A DNA stretch of 64,000 nucleotides, from positions 2,976,001-3,040,000 of the forward strand of contig CM060733.1 of assembly GCA_030704615.1 (NCBI GenBank). The letters run 5' to 3'. Positions 26,424 to 38,200 of the stretch are shown one piece after another (the stretch's first letter is position 1; every line of letters starts with the position of its first letter). The translations under genes and the position numbers were made by a program. The notes under the pieces were generated by a model. That model saw only the letters and a list, made by a program, of their open reading frames with translations, did no database searches and was not told where the DNA came from. Source of the stretch: Takakia lepidozioides (Eukaryota; Plantae; Bryophyta).

Positions 26424-27461
26424 AAAATTCGGCACCGCATTCCATTTTCTCCATGAAGCTTTTTCTGGCAGCTCCCTTTCCTCCGTTGTCGTCGTAACGG
26501 AAATGTTGTACAACATTTCATTTCCTGACATGGCATTACCATACTTCGAATTTGAAATGCGGCGCCGCAACACCATATTCGACCTTGAACTATCCAAGCA
26601 TGTCCAGTCGGTAATGCTTGTCCATGTCCATACTTGAAATGCGGCACCGCATTTCCATGTCCGTCATCGAAATTTCGTACCGGACAATGAATGCGGCACA
26701 GCATTTCCGGAGAGCACAATGGAATGCGGTGCCGCATTTCCGTCGAAGGGTCTGGAATTGGACAAACAACGATGTCCGTTCTGGAAATGCGGCACCGCAT
26801 TTCCATGTCTGTCATCAAAATATCGAATCGGACAATGGAATGCGGTGCCGCATTTCCGTCCATCAAGACGGAATGCCCACACGGGTCTGGAATTGGACAA
26901 ACAACGATGTCTGTTTTTGAAATGCGGCGCCGCATTTCCCATGTTGGGCAATTGAAAGTTTTTATAGGATGTAAGTTTTTATAGGACGATGGAATGCGGT
27001 GCCGCATTTCCATCAAAGGGTCTGGAATTGGGCAAACAACGATGTCCCTTTTGGAAATGCGGCGCCGCATTTCCATGTACGTCATCGAAATTTCTTATTG
27101 GACAATGGAATGCGGTGCCGCATTCCCGTCTAGCATCATGGAATTGGGAGCCCAAGAACGTCGATGGGTCTGCAGTTGGAAAATGTCCATCTCCAAAAGG
27201 TAAATGCGGCACCGCATTTCCATGTTCGACCTCCGCATTTCGATTTACATCCATGGAAGGAGCTGCCAATCGGCAAAACTGCCGTGTCGGAAACGGAAAT
27301 GCGGCACCGCATTTCCGTTTGTCCGAACAGTTTCTGATGTCCAAACCATGAATCGGAAATTTGTTCTTGCCCCGGTTTTGGAAATGCGGTGCCGCATTTC
27401 CAAACGAGGTTTTTGCAGTTGCCACATTTCCGTTCAGACATTGAAATGCGGTGCCGCATTT
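26424..27461. repeat. Palindrome array 1: about 15 copies of GGAAATGCGGYRCCGCATTTCC with variable spacers
   Basis: TGCGG starts at 26558, 26640, 26692, 26725, 26788, 26841, 26923, 26995, 27058, 27111, 27205, 27300, 27385 and 27447, plus a degenerate copy near 26425. Confidence 0.95.
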
Positions 27462-27600
27462 CTGATTTTGGGAGGGACCAGGTTTGGACGATGTTGTCGT
27501 TTAGAAGCACATGGGAGAGGGGACATGAAGGACGGGGAGAATTCCATTTTATATACTCTGGAATTGAATTTAAATGTACAGAGAGTTCATTAAAATTGTA

Positions 27601-30600
27601 TTAATCTTGAAAATCATCACTACTGTCGGCCTGTTCTTGACTGTCCTGCTCCGCCTCCACCCCGTCATTGCCTTTCTCATCTCCAGCGGACTGGTCGTTG
27701 GCCAGGCTTTCGAAAATCCCATCTTCACCTTGCGGAACCGACCATCTCACCTCCGTTGGCTCGTCGTCCTCCTTGTCTGCATCGCTCTCATCCGCTGAAT
27801 CACATATGAACTTTCGCACCCGTCTACCTGCCTCAGCTGTTGCTAACTCTTTCCTTATCCTTCTGTCCTCCCTAGCCCTCTCCAAAATCTGCTCTACTTT
27901 ACTGGGATTCTCACATCGTCTAATCGCTGTATTTGCGAGTTTAGCTGCATAACTAGGAAGGGAGTAGTCCTTCACCGGGCTCGTCATGAAGTCGGCCCTC
28001 GCAAAGAACGGGACATTCTTCCTGGCAGGAAGTGTAGGCCTTACATGTTTCGACCCGGATCCTCCAATCCTGCATATAACAATCACCATAGAGACCAATG
28101 AGAACCACAGTCCGGAAATGCGTTTGACAAAAAATCACCCAGAAGGCTTTGCAAACTTACAATGTTTGCACTCACTCGTATTCCGGGTTCTCCTCGGCAT
28201 CAATGTCCACTGTCTCTTCCTCCGACTCCGACGAATCCGAGGAGTCTTTGACTTCGATGGGAGCCTTCACATTCCGTTGCAGCCCTTCCAGATGGGATCC
28301 CCAGACGCCTGTGTCCTCCTCGTAGGCAAAGAGGTGCCGGTCGGAAAACCGCCCAGCCCACATTGAGGCACCTGTTACAATGCCATCCACACATTATGAC
28401 ATGGCCCTTCAGATGTTGCGAATGAAAGCATAACGAGAGTTTGCAGAAAAACATACAACAAGATTATGCATACCTGTCCCACAGATGAGGTCGAGCACTG
28501 TGCCCTCCACGTCAGTGCATGTCTCCATAATTGTCTGAATGAAGGCAGGGCTCCGAGTGCGTGAATACCGCAGGGGTTCAGTTGAAGTGAGGCTATGAGG
28601 GAGAAGTTCCGTGGGAACGTTGTTGAACAGGACGTCGTAATCGATGGGGTCGCAGTTCGGGTCAACCAACAATCCCTCCTTCCGGAAAGCAAAGGTGGAG
28701 TTCTCCTTCACAAAGCAGTATGCATCGAACTGCTTCGTCTGCATACACAGTGGGGAACGATTAGAAATCGAATGCGGCACCGCATTTCAAGACTCCTAAG
28801 AAAATGAAAGGACGAGTGCCAAGGTCGTAATTACCTTCTTCCCTTCCGACCGAAGGCCCAATGTGTTGATGCACGTCCACTTCTTCTTCAGAATTGGGAC
28901 GGCGCTCTTGCGGGTCCACTTCGCAATTCCTGTCTGCGTGTTTTTGCCTCTGCTCGCCAGGACAACCACACAGCCTCTGTCGTCCAACACCATGCGGGCG
29001 AGCCCGAATCCTTTCTTCCAAAAGTCCTCGGAGTACCTGTTCCAAGATGGCAAAGCTTGCAGTCCTTCCACAGGCTCTCCGTCTGGAATATCCAAGATGA
29101 TCATATCGCAAGACCAATCGGTGGAATTTCCGCCCCTCCTGCAATCCTTGTCTGCACACACCCTCTCAAAGAACGAGACCATCTTCAGAAACCCGGGGGT
29201 GTCGGAAGGCTCTTCGGCAGCCGCCTTCTTCAGTGCTCTGCCCTTCAGACCCTCCATGGTCTTCATGTATGCCAACTTGGCTGCCCGTCCATCCAAAGCC
29301 GCCAAGAAACTCTCATTCACACACTGGACTACTGTATCGGGATCCACTTTCGGCCTCTTCATTTCCACCGGCTCGAAAGGGTGCCCCCCCGGGGGGTTGA
29401 AGAGTGCCTTCTTTGCCGAGCCAGTTCTCGTCCCTCTCGTGACAACGGTGGGCACAGGGGATTTCGGCTGCGTCTCGGGGGGTGGGCTGGTTGCAAAGTC
29501 TCCATCGGAGTCCTCTTCCTCACCCTCTACCTGCACTATCTGTTTCTGCTTCTTCGTTTTCTTGGGTGTCACAACTGCTGCTCCTTGCTGGCGAGTCCGC
29601 TTCTTCGACCCCTTCTGTTGAGCCTGCACAGCTGCATCCACCGTTTTTGTGCCATCTCAGCTGCCTTTCTGGATTGTTCCAGAGCAGCAGCTTCCTTTGC
29701 CGACTCTGGCCGAGCAGGGACACGTCTTTCCTTTCTCTTCTCTTCTGCTTTCGCGTGCAGATCTTTCTCAGACTCGTCAACAATTCCGCCAGACATGTCC
29801 AGGTACCACGGGCATCCAACCAGATGCGCGGCATGCCATTGTTTCTGCTGCTCGGGTGTGTAGACACAGCTTGGGCCCGCCACGGTCCAAGCCATGAAGA
29901 ACGGGGGCTCTTGAGCCAGGGCCCCTGTCTGAAGAAGCACGTATTTCATATACCTGCAGGGCAGTCAGCATGCGTGAGCAAAAGTTGAGACCAACGTACT
30001 CGCAGAGTGCAACCAAAAACATAAAATGCGAATGCGGTGCCGCATTTCCCAGACAAACCTCATTACCAGGCTTTGCGTACAAGGACAGCTGGGCTTCACC
30101 TGTAAACAATTCGCATTGCAGCTTTTCCCGCTCCCTCCTGATGTGTAAACTCCACGCTCCTTCTTGCTGTCTGTAGCTCCCTGGCGAAGAGGTTGTCCTT
30201 GTAAGCACATCTGAAACGTGTCACGTAGTCTTCCAATGTCTGTGTTCCATCCCATTTGACGTACAAGCCGAACGAATTTGTATGCATTACGACTTGCTCC
30301 TTCGCATTCGTCATTACCTGCGATTCCCACATGCATTGTCACGTAGCAGTTCAGGGAATTCATTTCAGAAAAGCAACTCTGGGGAAGTACCTTGAATTAC
30401 CTGGAACCACCAAGTCATGCGGTTGAGCCACACATCCACTGCAGGGTCGGAAACTTCGAGTGGAAAAGACCACATTGTCCTTATACTCTCCGATGCATTC
30501 CAGATCGACAGCCACCGTGTCTGCCATTTCCGATCCAATGTCAGTCGCAGGAAGAAGAGTGGCTATTGCTAGGAAGGAACTTCAGTGAATTGAAACATCA

Positions 30601-32790
30601 CCTTCTCTTTCGCTTCAACACATGCCGTTGAGAGGTGATGCAGTTTCTCCAACTGCATGGTCGGCTGCATGGCCCGAGAATAGTGTTTTGCAATCTCGGG
30701 GATGAAGTCCTTTCCAAGTGCCGGATCTGCAATGGCCACCAGCTTCACAAGCTTTGACTTGTATTTCGTTCTGGACTTGACCCCGGCTTCCTTCAAGTGC
30801 TCAGTCAATGACTGCAACGTTTTGACCTGCCCCTCACTTTCCATGAAGAAGCGTTTGGCATGGGCCAAATCCAGCTTGATGTTTGACTGCCAACAAAAAC
30901 ATGCAGAAGCGTTACATTCGATTCATGTGGAAAGATTACCGGAAATTGGGGAAGGATGAGCAGGGGAATGGGAGGACGACTTACTTCGTATATCACCTCC
31001 ACCATTCCATCCATAGTGAGACGATACCATGTCCGGTCAGTTTTTGCCACGGCTTTCTGAATGAGCTCGGGCTCCAGCATTTCCGCGAACATGTGCGGAT
31101 CAGTGAGACCAGTTTTCCTCACCCTGTACAGCATATGTGCCATGTGGGTATGCACGTACGCATTTTCAGTGACCCTGCAAGGCACACTCTCCAGTTCAGT
31201 CCACGGAAGCACGGAAACAAAACAGATTGGAAACCGAAATGCGGCACCGCATTTCGAACGTGGTTGGGAGGGTATGAGTATCTTACGAGTTGAGGTCCGC
31301 CATGGCATTCTTGAGCAGGGAGGAGTCTGCCGCCTTCACCTTGAGGATGACACACTCCACCATGTAATGCCAGCCAATGTGCTTGGCATGGTTCTGCTTG
31401 ATGTACTCCCACCAGGCGAGAAGTCGGTGATTCCCGTCCCACACAAAGAACATTTTACCCGACATATGGCCGAAGTCGGGATCACCCTTCAGGGTTGCCT
31501 CGAATTCGTCGTTGCGAGTGTGCCAGTGGGTATCCCATGTTGACAATTCCTCCGCAGTGGGTCCACGAGATTCGCCGTCCTCATTCTCAAGGGAAACGTA
31601 GAAGGCTGGCGAACCTAGACGGTACCCTTCTCGAAATGCGAACTTGAGCTTATCCACATCTCCGGGAAGTGCCTGCCTGACGATGGGAAGGGAGACCATG
31701 CGACAGAGTGGGATTCGAAGAGTCCGCTGGAATACCCTGCTGCCCAGAACTCTGCCAATGCTACTATGTGTCTCCTCCAACATTGTATCCGCTGCACTTT
31801 GGAATTCCTCCGGAGACATTTCTGCTGGTGGCGGCAGGGGCTGAGCAGCTGGAGCATCCCCAACTGGAGCTGCACTCTGGGGAATCTTTGCGGACAATTG
31901 TGCAATTGCAGAGGCCTCCTCCGGGCCTTCAGTGGTCAGGTCTTCCTCAACTGTGGTCAGGTCTTGCTGAGAACGTTGAGAGGCAGCACCCTCCTCCGGT
32001 ACCAGATCGACGGTCGATCCCATTGGCTTTCGCTGCAGCAGGTTGGAAATCAAGCAGGAACTGGGCTTCAGCTCGTGGAATCGGTTTTGCGGGAGACTGC
32101 TCCGCCCTCCCCCTGATTGCCTTGTGCTTCCTCATTCTTGCAGGTGAAGGTGTCTGCTGCAATTGAATCTGCTTCATTCGCCTGGGTGGGGGGAAACGGC
32201 CTGGTCCGGTTCAGAAACAAGTTGAAGGACGGGCTGCTTCTTCTTCATCTTTGCTGAAGAAGGGCTAGACCCCTGCTGGCGATTCTCCATGACCTTTGAA
32301 GGCGAGTCGCTCTCTGGGGCTTTGAACTGCAAAGACTTGGCCTTGGAAGCCGCGTCCTTGAAACGCACAGGGCTAGGACCGGCAGGAAGACCCGTGCTCG
32401 TGGATGGCTGGGTGTGCGTGCTGCAGCTAGCTCCACGGACTCTGCCTGCGGCTCTTCGGATTCCTGCGATCCCTCCAGCACGTCCACCTTTCCGGTTAGG
32501 CATGCAAACATCTTCTGCAGTCAAGTCTCCTAGCATACAGTCTAAGAATTGCAGAAGAAAAATTGAGGCGGGTTTCGTTGCTCGATCAGCTGGCGAATCC
32601 CGATAGCACGGAGCTCTCACTGGTGGCTGGGTTGCCTGCGTGGCTTGATGCTGCAAGATGGCAATCTCCTCCTGTAGACGCATCTGCTTCCTCCCCTTCG
32701 GCATTGGCCTACGTCCGAAGTACAATTTTGGAGCTTGCGACGATGTCTCTTCTCTGGTGCACGCACTCCCTCCCTCTCAGGTTCGAGCAT
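27601..32790 (-). CDS. Spliced cargo gene: low-complexity N-terminus, ParB/Sulfiredoxin-like domain, helical region, beta-class amino-DNA-methyltransferase-like domain, acidic tail
   Basis: Exons (minus strand): ~32515-31287, 31174-30985, 30886-30602, 30520-30401, 30317-30100, 29953-28835, 28738-28474, 28371-28176, 28021-27601, plus a probable first exon ~32790-32621. All eight introns from 31286 down are GT..AG and phase-compatible. Motifs: FFVWDGNHRLLAW (~31424-31438); CDMIILDIPDG (motif IV-like, ~29081-29092); IMETCTDVEGTVLDLICGTG|ASMWAGRFSDRHLFAYEED (motif X-I-II-like). One frameshift at T5 29644-29648, others in the N-terminal region. Confidence 0.82.
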
Positions 32791-33115
32791 AAGAAGAAAA
32801 GAGACAGGGAAAAGGGGCGAAGAGTGCAGATGGAAAGGGCGCGAGAGGGGTGACTGAGGAGACACGACAAAAGCAAATGAAACGGCGGTGATGCAGCACT
32901 TGGGTTCGAAAGGGTTGGAGGAAAGTGTCTCCTCGTGGACTTTGCGTCATTACGAAATTCGAATCGTTCAGGATACGCCTGCCGTCCGAAAAACAAACAT
33001 CATTATCCAACGGTCAGGCCGCGCCGCCTCATGCCACTTCAGTCAGATAGAGTGCAGACATGTGCCGCAATTCCGTTGCTCCACGTGTTCAAATTTGGAG
33101 TTGGAGTGAAAATGC

Positions 33116-34935
33116 GAATGCGGCGCCGCATTTCCGTTAAGTACCATCACGAAGCTACACATCCGTGCTTGTTGGAAGAAAATGCGGCACCGCATTTCCG
33201 TTCCACCTTCACATACCTTAGTTGTTGAACGGAAATACGGTGCCGCATTTCCGTCCCACAGCTCCATGTATGAGATACAAAAGGGAAATGCGGCGCCGCA
33301 TTTCCGTTCTGGAATGTCGAAATGTGCGATCCGGACGGAAATGCGGCGCCGCATTTCCGTTCTGGAATGTCGAAATGTGCGATCCGGACGGAAATGCGGC
33401 ACAACATTTCAATTCCTGTGGTTCATGATTTTCAATCTGAACGGAAATGCGGTACCGCATTTCCGTTCCCCCTTCACATACCTTCGTTGATGAACGGAAA
33501 TGCCGTGCCACATTTCCGTTCGGGAAAGTATAGAGGTCTCACCTAACGAAATGCGGTGCCGCATTTCCGGTCTGGAAAGTTTGAAGGTCTCACATGGATG
33601 GAAATGCGGCGCCGCATTTCCGTTCTAGAATGTCGGAAGTTGCGACGCATTTCTGTTCTTGCTGTTGACGATTTTCAGTCAGAATGGAAATGCGGTACCG
33701 CATTACCGTTCTGTAGAGTATTAAGGTCTGACCCTGGCGGAAATGCGGTGCCGCATTTTCGTTCCAAAGCTCTATGCCTCACATACAAAACGGAAATGCG
33801 GCGCCGTATTTCCGTTTTGGAATGTCGGAAGGTGCGACTCCGACGGAAATGCCGTACCACATTTCAGTTCCGATGTTTCACTGATTTTCATAAGAACGGA
33901 AATGCGGTGCCGCATTTCCGTTCTGGAGAGTATGAAGGTCTCACCCGGGCGGAAATGCGGTGCCGCATTTCCGTTCTAGCTTGTGAGGGAGGTGCGACTC
34001 GGATGGAAATGCGCTGCTGCATTTCAGTTCCGATGGTTCACGATTTACAGTCAGAACGGAAATGCGGTACCCTCATTTCCGTTCTGGATAGTCTGAATGT
34101 CTGAAGCGGTCGGAAATTGCGCTGTCTCAAGCGATCGGAAACTGCACTCGGCTCCATGCATCAGATACAAAACAGAAATGCGGCGCCGCATTTCCGTTCT
34201 GGAATGTCGGAAAGTGCCACTCGGACGGAAATGCGGTGCCGCATTTCTGTTCCCGTTGTTCATAATTCTCAATCAGAACGGAATGCGGTACCGCATTTCC
34301 GTTCCACCTTCACATACCGTGCTTGCTGGATGGAAATGCATTACCGCATTTCCGTTCTGGAGAGTATGAAGGTCTCACCCGGGCGGAAATGCGGTGCCGC
34401 ATTTCTTTTCCCTTTGTTCATGATTCTCAATCAGAACGGAAATGCGGTACTGCATTTCCGTTCCACCTTCACATACCGTGCTTGCTGGATGGAAATGCGT
34501 TACCGCATTTCCGTTCTGGAGAGTATGAAGGTCTCACCCGGGCGGAAATGCGGTGCCTCATTTCCGTTCTGGAATGTCGGAGTGCGACTCGACGGAAATG
34601 CGGCGCCGCATTTCCGTTATGGAATGTCGGCAAAGTGCGACTCGGACGGAAATGCGGTCGCGCATTTCTTTTTCTCTTTTGTTTCATGATTTCAATCAGA
34701 ACGGAAATGCAGTACCGCATTTTCCGTTCCACCCTTCACATACCGTGCTTGCTGGATGAAATCCTTACCGATTTCCGTTCTGATAGTGTAAAGGTTTCCC
34801 CCGGACGGAAACTCGGTGCCGCATTTCCGTCGCTCTGGTGCATGACCAAGACGCAATACGGAAATGCTGCTCGGTATTTCCGTCCAGCAGCAATCGAAAG
34901 AATCACTCCGGACGGAAATCTGAAACCTCATTTCC
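33116..34935. repeat. Palindrome array 2: about 35 copies of (AC)GGAAATGCGGYRCCGCATTTCC(GT) at a 53-bp period with a few recurring spacer types
   Basis: GGAAAT starts at 33231, 33284, 33337, 33390, 33443, 33496; 33686, 33739, 33792, 33845, 33898, 33951; 34332, 34385, 34438, 34491, 34544. Confidence 0.96.
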
Positions 34936-35239
34936 GCATGCTGAACCTGAATGGGGTGCATTGTTCCGAAAAACCTAATTGCGGCCAGTCTTGATGAGCA
35001 CAACTAGGTTGTCTGACCGTTTTTAACTAACAGTCCTGGCACTTGTCAGTGCGAACGCTCCTGTCCGTACCGAGATACTACTGCTGGATCCACCCTCAGG
35101 AGAAACTGTCATGAGATGTTATTTCGTCGCCGATTCTTGCCCTTATTGTCTAACTTACTGCTATGGAATCACACCTCCCACCTTCATGCATTAGCTTGAA
35201 ACTATACTTTCCACTTCAATGTGCGACTTCAATCGTCGA

Positions 35240-38200
35240 TGGACTCCGCATGGTGCCTGTGAGCCTCGTCTGTCGCTATACTGACCTCGCACTTGCCAAC
35301 TTCGTGCGGTGTTCGATGGCTCCGAATTCCTACGCTATAGTTTGCTGTCCTCCGCAACTTGGAGAGCCTGGATCCCAAACGAGGAGGACTTTGCAGAGTG
35401 ACGAAACTTACCTTGGTTTCCAATTCAAGCTCAAACCGGGCACAGTTTACTTGGAAGAAGAAAGGAAGGATGTTCCTGACAGTTGACGAGACCATTGTCG
35501 TGCTAGGTAACGACGGAGGTTGCGGAATCGAATGGCACGTACCCCCATCAGACACCATCCTATACTGAGCTGTGGGAATGCCATTCCTTTCCGAATCAGT
35601 CACTGTCCCACACCATCCACAAAGGAGTCCGGACCGACAGGCGGGCCACTGCCAACAGAGAGGTATGCCGATAATCATTCACTCCTCCCTCCGACCTGGA
35701 CCGTCAAGACCCTCCATAGCTTCTCGTGTGGACGTATTCGACATTTCCGACGATGAAGATGAGTGCATTGAGGTCCCCATGTCCTCCACACGGTCGTTCA
35801 AATCCGACATGGACGTCTCTGCAGGTGCTACGCAAGTACTCTCGAGCATAACTCCCACCCGGTCCATTGTGCAGCTCCTACGCAACATCACCTCGATGGT
35901 TCTTGCTCCGAGCTGGCTGCTCTCGCACGATGCCAATTTCGGTTGGGAAGGTAACGTATCTTATCTGCCTCCCGAAGTTGATGGCAATGTCCATCTTCTT
36001 CGAGTTTCACCTTCACTTCCTCAAACAAAGCCTCAGGGATGTTAACAGACATGGATCGAAAGCATGACGGGCACCCCTGGTGTGTGACGAAGACCAGGAG
36101 CACGAAAATTGCTGATGGTGTTCGTGTACGATACGTCCTCGTGGGGCGGGAAGCTGAGGTGCCTGAATCCCGCCTGCTTCCACTTTCTTTTGAAAGGAGG
36201 GCGGAGAAACGAGAGGAATTGGACTGGCACAACGCATCATCCATTCATTGTCTCCAGCCAAGCTCCTGCGGGTACTTTCAAGTGCGCACATTGCAAAGAA
36301 CACCGATGTGCATGTCCATGTGGAGAGCCAAGCAATATTACGTTTCCATTTGCTCCCGGACTTGACTAGAGCTTGCATACACTTGGGGTCCACTGCCACC
36401 CTTGGCGAGAGACAACATGCGTGAGGCTTTGCAGGAACACACGACATCATAAAAGAGGAGGTGAAAATTGAGCCCCGGAGCAAGACCAAAGCAGATTCAG
36501 CTGAAGGCAGCCCACAAGATTGCTCTTGAAAAATATGTCAGAAGATGGTTCAGACTGAGTGCCTTGAACGAAAGGAGATGCTTGACCTGTTGGAGTCCGT
36601 CTCGCACGTTTGTAGTCCGAATGTGCGGAATCACATCGTATCTTGCAAGCAGGAGTTCGGCCGGGGTTGGACATGCACTCAATCCTGGAGGTGAAACGAA
36701 TGACTGGATGGACTATCCAAGGTAGCAGGTTCTCCGGGCAAGGCAGCGAATCCCGATCGTTGTTCATTTTTAAAATGTCGACGTGTGGGCCGCGAGTGGA
36801 GTCGACTTGGTCACTCGCATGACAACTGAAACCGTCGAATGCTTGGTGATGTTTGATCACATCAAGCGGATTACAAACCATCATTGGGGTGACTATGGGT
36901 GCGCATGTTATGACTATCACTCCAAGAGGGTCATGACGATTGCAATCTGCGAGATGAAAGGGGAGGACACAACAGTCGGAGATGCATTCTGTGGGAGGGC
37001 ATAAAGGAGCAGATGGCAAGGGCGGGATTGCCAGAGCCCATTTTCAGGGGATTCATGGCAGACCTCAGGCCTCAGGCCAACTGGGCAGTCGGTGCGGCGT
37101 GTGTACGGTTGAGACCCCAATGTTCCAATGGAGGGGAAAGAGAGATCCTTTGATTCCATTGGATGCAGAGTCTATCCCACTACACTACCAAATTTTTGTC
37201 TAGCTCATTCCCGCTGAACACCGTGTCCTTTGTACGGCGTGGAAGGATGCACCCACATTTGATGACGCGGAGGTTAAATTTGCTATCATCGAGGCTTGGT
37301 GGAACACGTCAGGGTGCAGTGGAGACACACCAATCTGGGAGCCTTGCACAGCTGGTTGGGTGGTGGCATTTCCGGTATCGACAGTTCGGACAGTACACAT
37401 GCGGGGGTATGATGCTGTCATTTCGTGCAATTGTCTTTCTATTACGGACCTTTCCTTGTTCCTCACCATTGTCTATGTCCTTGTAGGAGCGGTGCTTGGA
37501 TTCCGACACGGACAGCCGAACACGAATATGGCAGAATCAGTGCACTCCTCCTGGCGAGCGTCTTCTGCGCATCTCTGGTGGACGTAGTGACGGCCACAAC
37601 GGAGGACATCGACAGAGCAATCATGCAGCAAGCCACGTACTACAAGTTCCTGAGCGGAAACAATGGGGCTTTGGGCCAGACAGGGAGGCATGGTTGGTGT
37701 GCGAACAGCTTCGAGGTCAAGAATCCACTGATGGGCGACAGCATTGCGAGATAAGATCAAAGGGACGCCTCTGCACCGCAGAGGTGAACACCTAGAGGGG
37801 GACGTCCGTACTCGCCCTGTGAGTGGAGGATTGAAGAGGAACCCGGGTGCGAAGAGGATTCCTGGAGATCCGACAGGAACATTTGACAGCACCTCGAGGG
37901 CCCATCATGTTGCGCACAATGTGTCTTCCAGCAGTGGAAGCCCAAGAAATTCCAGATCGCCATCGCCTTCAAGCGGGGATTCCTGTCCGAGAAATTCCCA
38001 CCGCTCGCTTGCCCCAGATTCCGCCCCCTGTTATGCAGTATGGCCAAGCCATTGTGGAGACGACTGTGTCTGCGTCACAGTGGATAATTGCTCGCACAAA
38101 GCCGTCGTTTCGAGGCAGGTGTTCCGCAATTCGAGTGGATACACGGCAACGTTGTTTAGAGATGATAAGAGGAATCCAGATGGTACTGTCCCTGCTCCTA

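Noticed and set aside
26267-27604. Many overlapping ORFs with MRRRIS / KCGAAFP / GNAAPHF motifs (also at 33043-35003)
   Set aside because: These are six-frame translations of the palindrome, appearing equally on both strands; not proteins.
28863-29988. Long plus-strand ORFs opposite the ParB-MTase gene
   Set aside because: Antisense shadows of a GC-rich coding exon; no motifs.
33116-34935. Bona fide CRISPR array
   Set aside because: Spacers recur in a few classes rather than being unique, the repeat is a perfect palindrome with no orientation, no cas genes are present, and the context is a spliced eukaryotic transposon.
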